Positions 16,808 through 17,825 of a stretch of DNA of 17,825 nucleotides are shown here, piece after piece; position 1 is the stretch's first letter; every line of letters begins with the position of its first letter. The position numbers were made by a program, and so were the translations under genes. The notes under the pieces are model-generated. The model worked only from the letters and a program-made list of their open reading frames with translations. It searched no databases and was not told the DNA's origin. Source of the stretch: Pseudomonadota bacterium (GTDB lineage: Bacteria > Bdellovibrionota_B > Oligoflexia > Oligoflexales > CAIMVM01); assembly GCA_037142195.1 (NCBI GenBank), contig JBAXBA010000075.1:1-17825 (forward strand). The letters run 5' to 3'.

Positions 16808-17261
16808 AATCTCTTGTTATTCAAGCCTGCGCCCGACGCCCATAACTATCGATAGGCTCTTGTAAATGTTCGTTGCTTTGTGAAATTGCAAAATAAGCTA
16901 GGAGATCCTTAAGCCTAAAAACTCTAGCCCCCTGGAACCGGCTTTATGATTCTACTACTCAGTTCACGTCTAAAGTGAATACTCACTTAGAGCACTTCTG
17001 GGAATCAAGCCAAGAATAGCAGTGGGAGCCATTTTCGGGATTTTTTACAGGTTTTAAGCATTCTCTTCATGCTTTTATATATTTGAATGTACGCTAAAAG
17101 CTTGTATCTGATGCTCGTTAATTGCAATCTAAAGGTTTTTTTTGGGGTAGCTTTATTGGCTATAGGTAGATCATTTTTCGTGGTGGACGGTGCTTATGCT
17201 CAAGTATATTCTGCATTTGTAGTGGTGTTCGCTACAATTTAACTAAAGAGGAATTCAAATT

Positions 17262-17825
17262 ATGGTGGGGATTTTATTTTTCCGAAGGCTACCTTTCCTA
17301 TTTCTAGCCACTTTGATGGGCTCATTAGTATCGAGCTGCAGCAATAGCGATGTTTTGGAATCTGAATCACTAAGTCAAAGGCCTTTAGGGCAGACCAAAA
17401 GGTCGGTGGAAGAAATTATCGGCTCCATAAAGGCATTTTCAAAAGTAGCTACCGAGCGCGCTGCAAGCAATAGTGCAACGATTCCGGGGTCGAGGCTCAG
17501 GATGGCGGACTTTATAACTGAGCTCAAAGAAGCCTCCGCCAAGAAGCCCTTTGATGAAGAACTGCGCCTTTCGCAAGGCTCTTGGCACCAAATATGGTCC
17601 GATGCTCAAAATCCTCTTCCTCCGGGCCAAAAGATTTTAATGACTAAAGTTTATCAGGTGATCAGAGGTGACGGCTTTGGGTTTAATTTTGGAATCAGGA
17701 CGATTACACTTCCTAATGGGGACGAGATTATTGGCACTTCTGCAATTCAGCTGCAATTAGAAGCGCAAAGAGAAGCGCAAAGAGAAGCGCAAAGAGAAGC
17801 GCAAAGAGAAGCGCAAAGAGAAGCG
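17262..17825 (+). CDS. putative lipoprotein with a PAP-fibrillin/lipocalin-like segment, truncated at the window end
   Basis: Not in the ORF track. GAGG SD, then MVGILFFRRLPFLFLATLMGSLVSSC (lipobox-like, Cys26), later LSQGSWHQIWSD...VYQVI. Open for 188 codons to the edge. Confidence 0.72.
   Translation, partial: MVGILFFRRLPFLFLATLMGSLVSSCSNSDVLESESLSQRPLGQTKRSVEEIIGSIKAFSKVATERAASNSATIPGSRLRMADFITELKEASAKKPFDEELRLSQGSWHQIWSDAQNPLPPGQKILMTKVYQVIRGDGFGFNFGIRTITLPNGDEIIGTSAIQLQLEAQREAQREAQREAQREAQREA
17759..17825. repeat. coding tandem repeat, at least 5.5 x 12 bp (AGAAGCGCAAAG), encoding EAQR
   Basis: Five perfect copies plus a partial sixth, running off the window end. Confidence 0.95.

Noticed and set aside
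16846..16990. Palindrome CTATCGATAG (16846-16855) and bulged inverted repeat CTAAAGTGA/TCACTTAG (16970-16990) in the 514-bp spacer
   Set aside because: Isolated and short, with no recognisable regulator or RNA family, and no credible sORF in the spacer.
17439..17630. 63-aa minus-strand ORF
   Set aside because: It is antisense to the better-supported lipoprotein ORF starting at 17262.

Overview
Gene-dense, AT-rich bacterial chromosomal window with no mobile element, CRISPR array or rRNA/tRNA that I can support. The gene mix suggests a flagellated Gram-negative, possibly Bdellovibrionota/Oligoflexia-like (inference only). From left to right: a coupled minus-strand operon (hypothetical protein plus two tandem MBL-fold hydrolases), pgsA divergent from nadB, a 7x12-bp GGA-rich tandem repeat, an LTA-synthase-family sulfatase, a TetR regulator divergent from a secreted protein, a PanP-like PLP decarboxylase followed by an orphan SufU-like gene, a Zn-finger protein with a possibly degenerate PD-(D/E)XK fold, an App1-like HAD phosphatase, a CNNM/CorC (hemolysin-family) protein, an MCP-flagellin pair, and a truncated lipoprotein running into an EAQR repeat. 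The best novelty candidate is the MCP-flagellin pair. A chemoreceptor gene with a sigma28-like promoter ends 2 nt before a flagellin homolog that has lost hallmark N-terminal motifs. A phased T_TTA_AAG slippery heptamer in the chemoreceptor opens onto a stop-free -1 frame that could yield an MCP-flagellin fusion.
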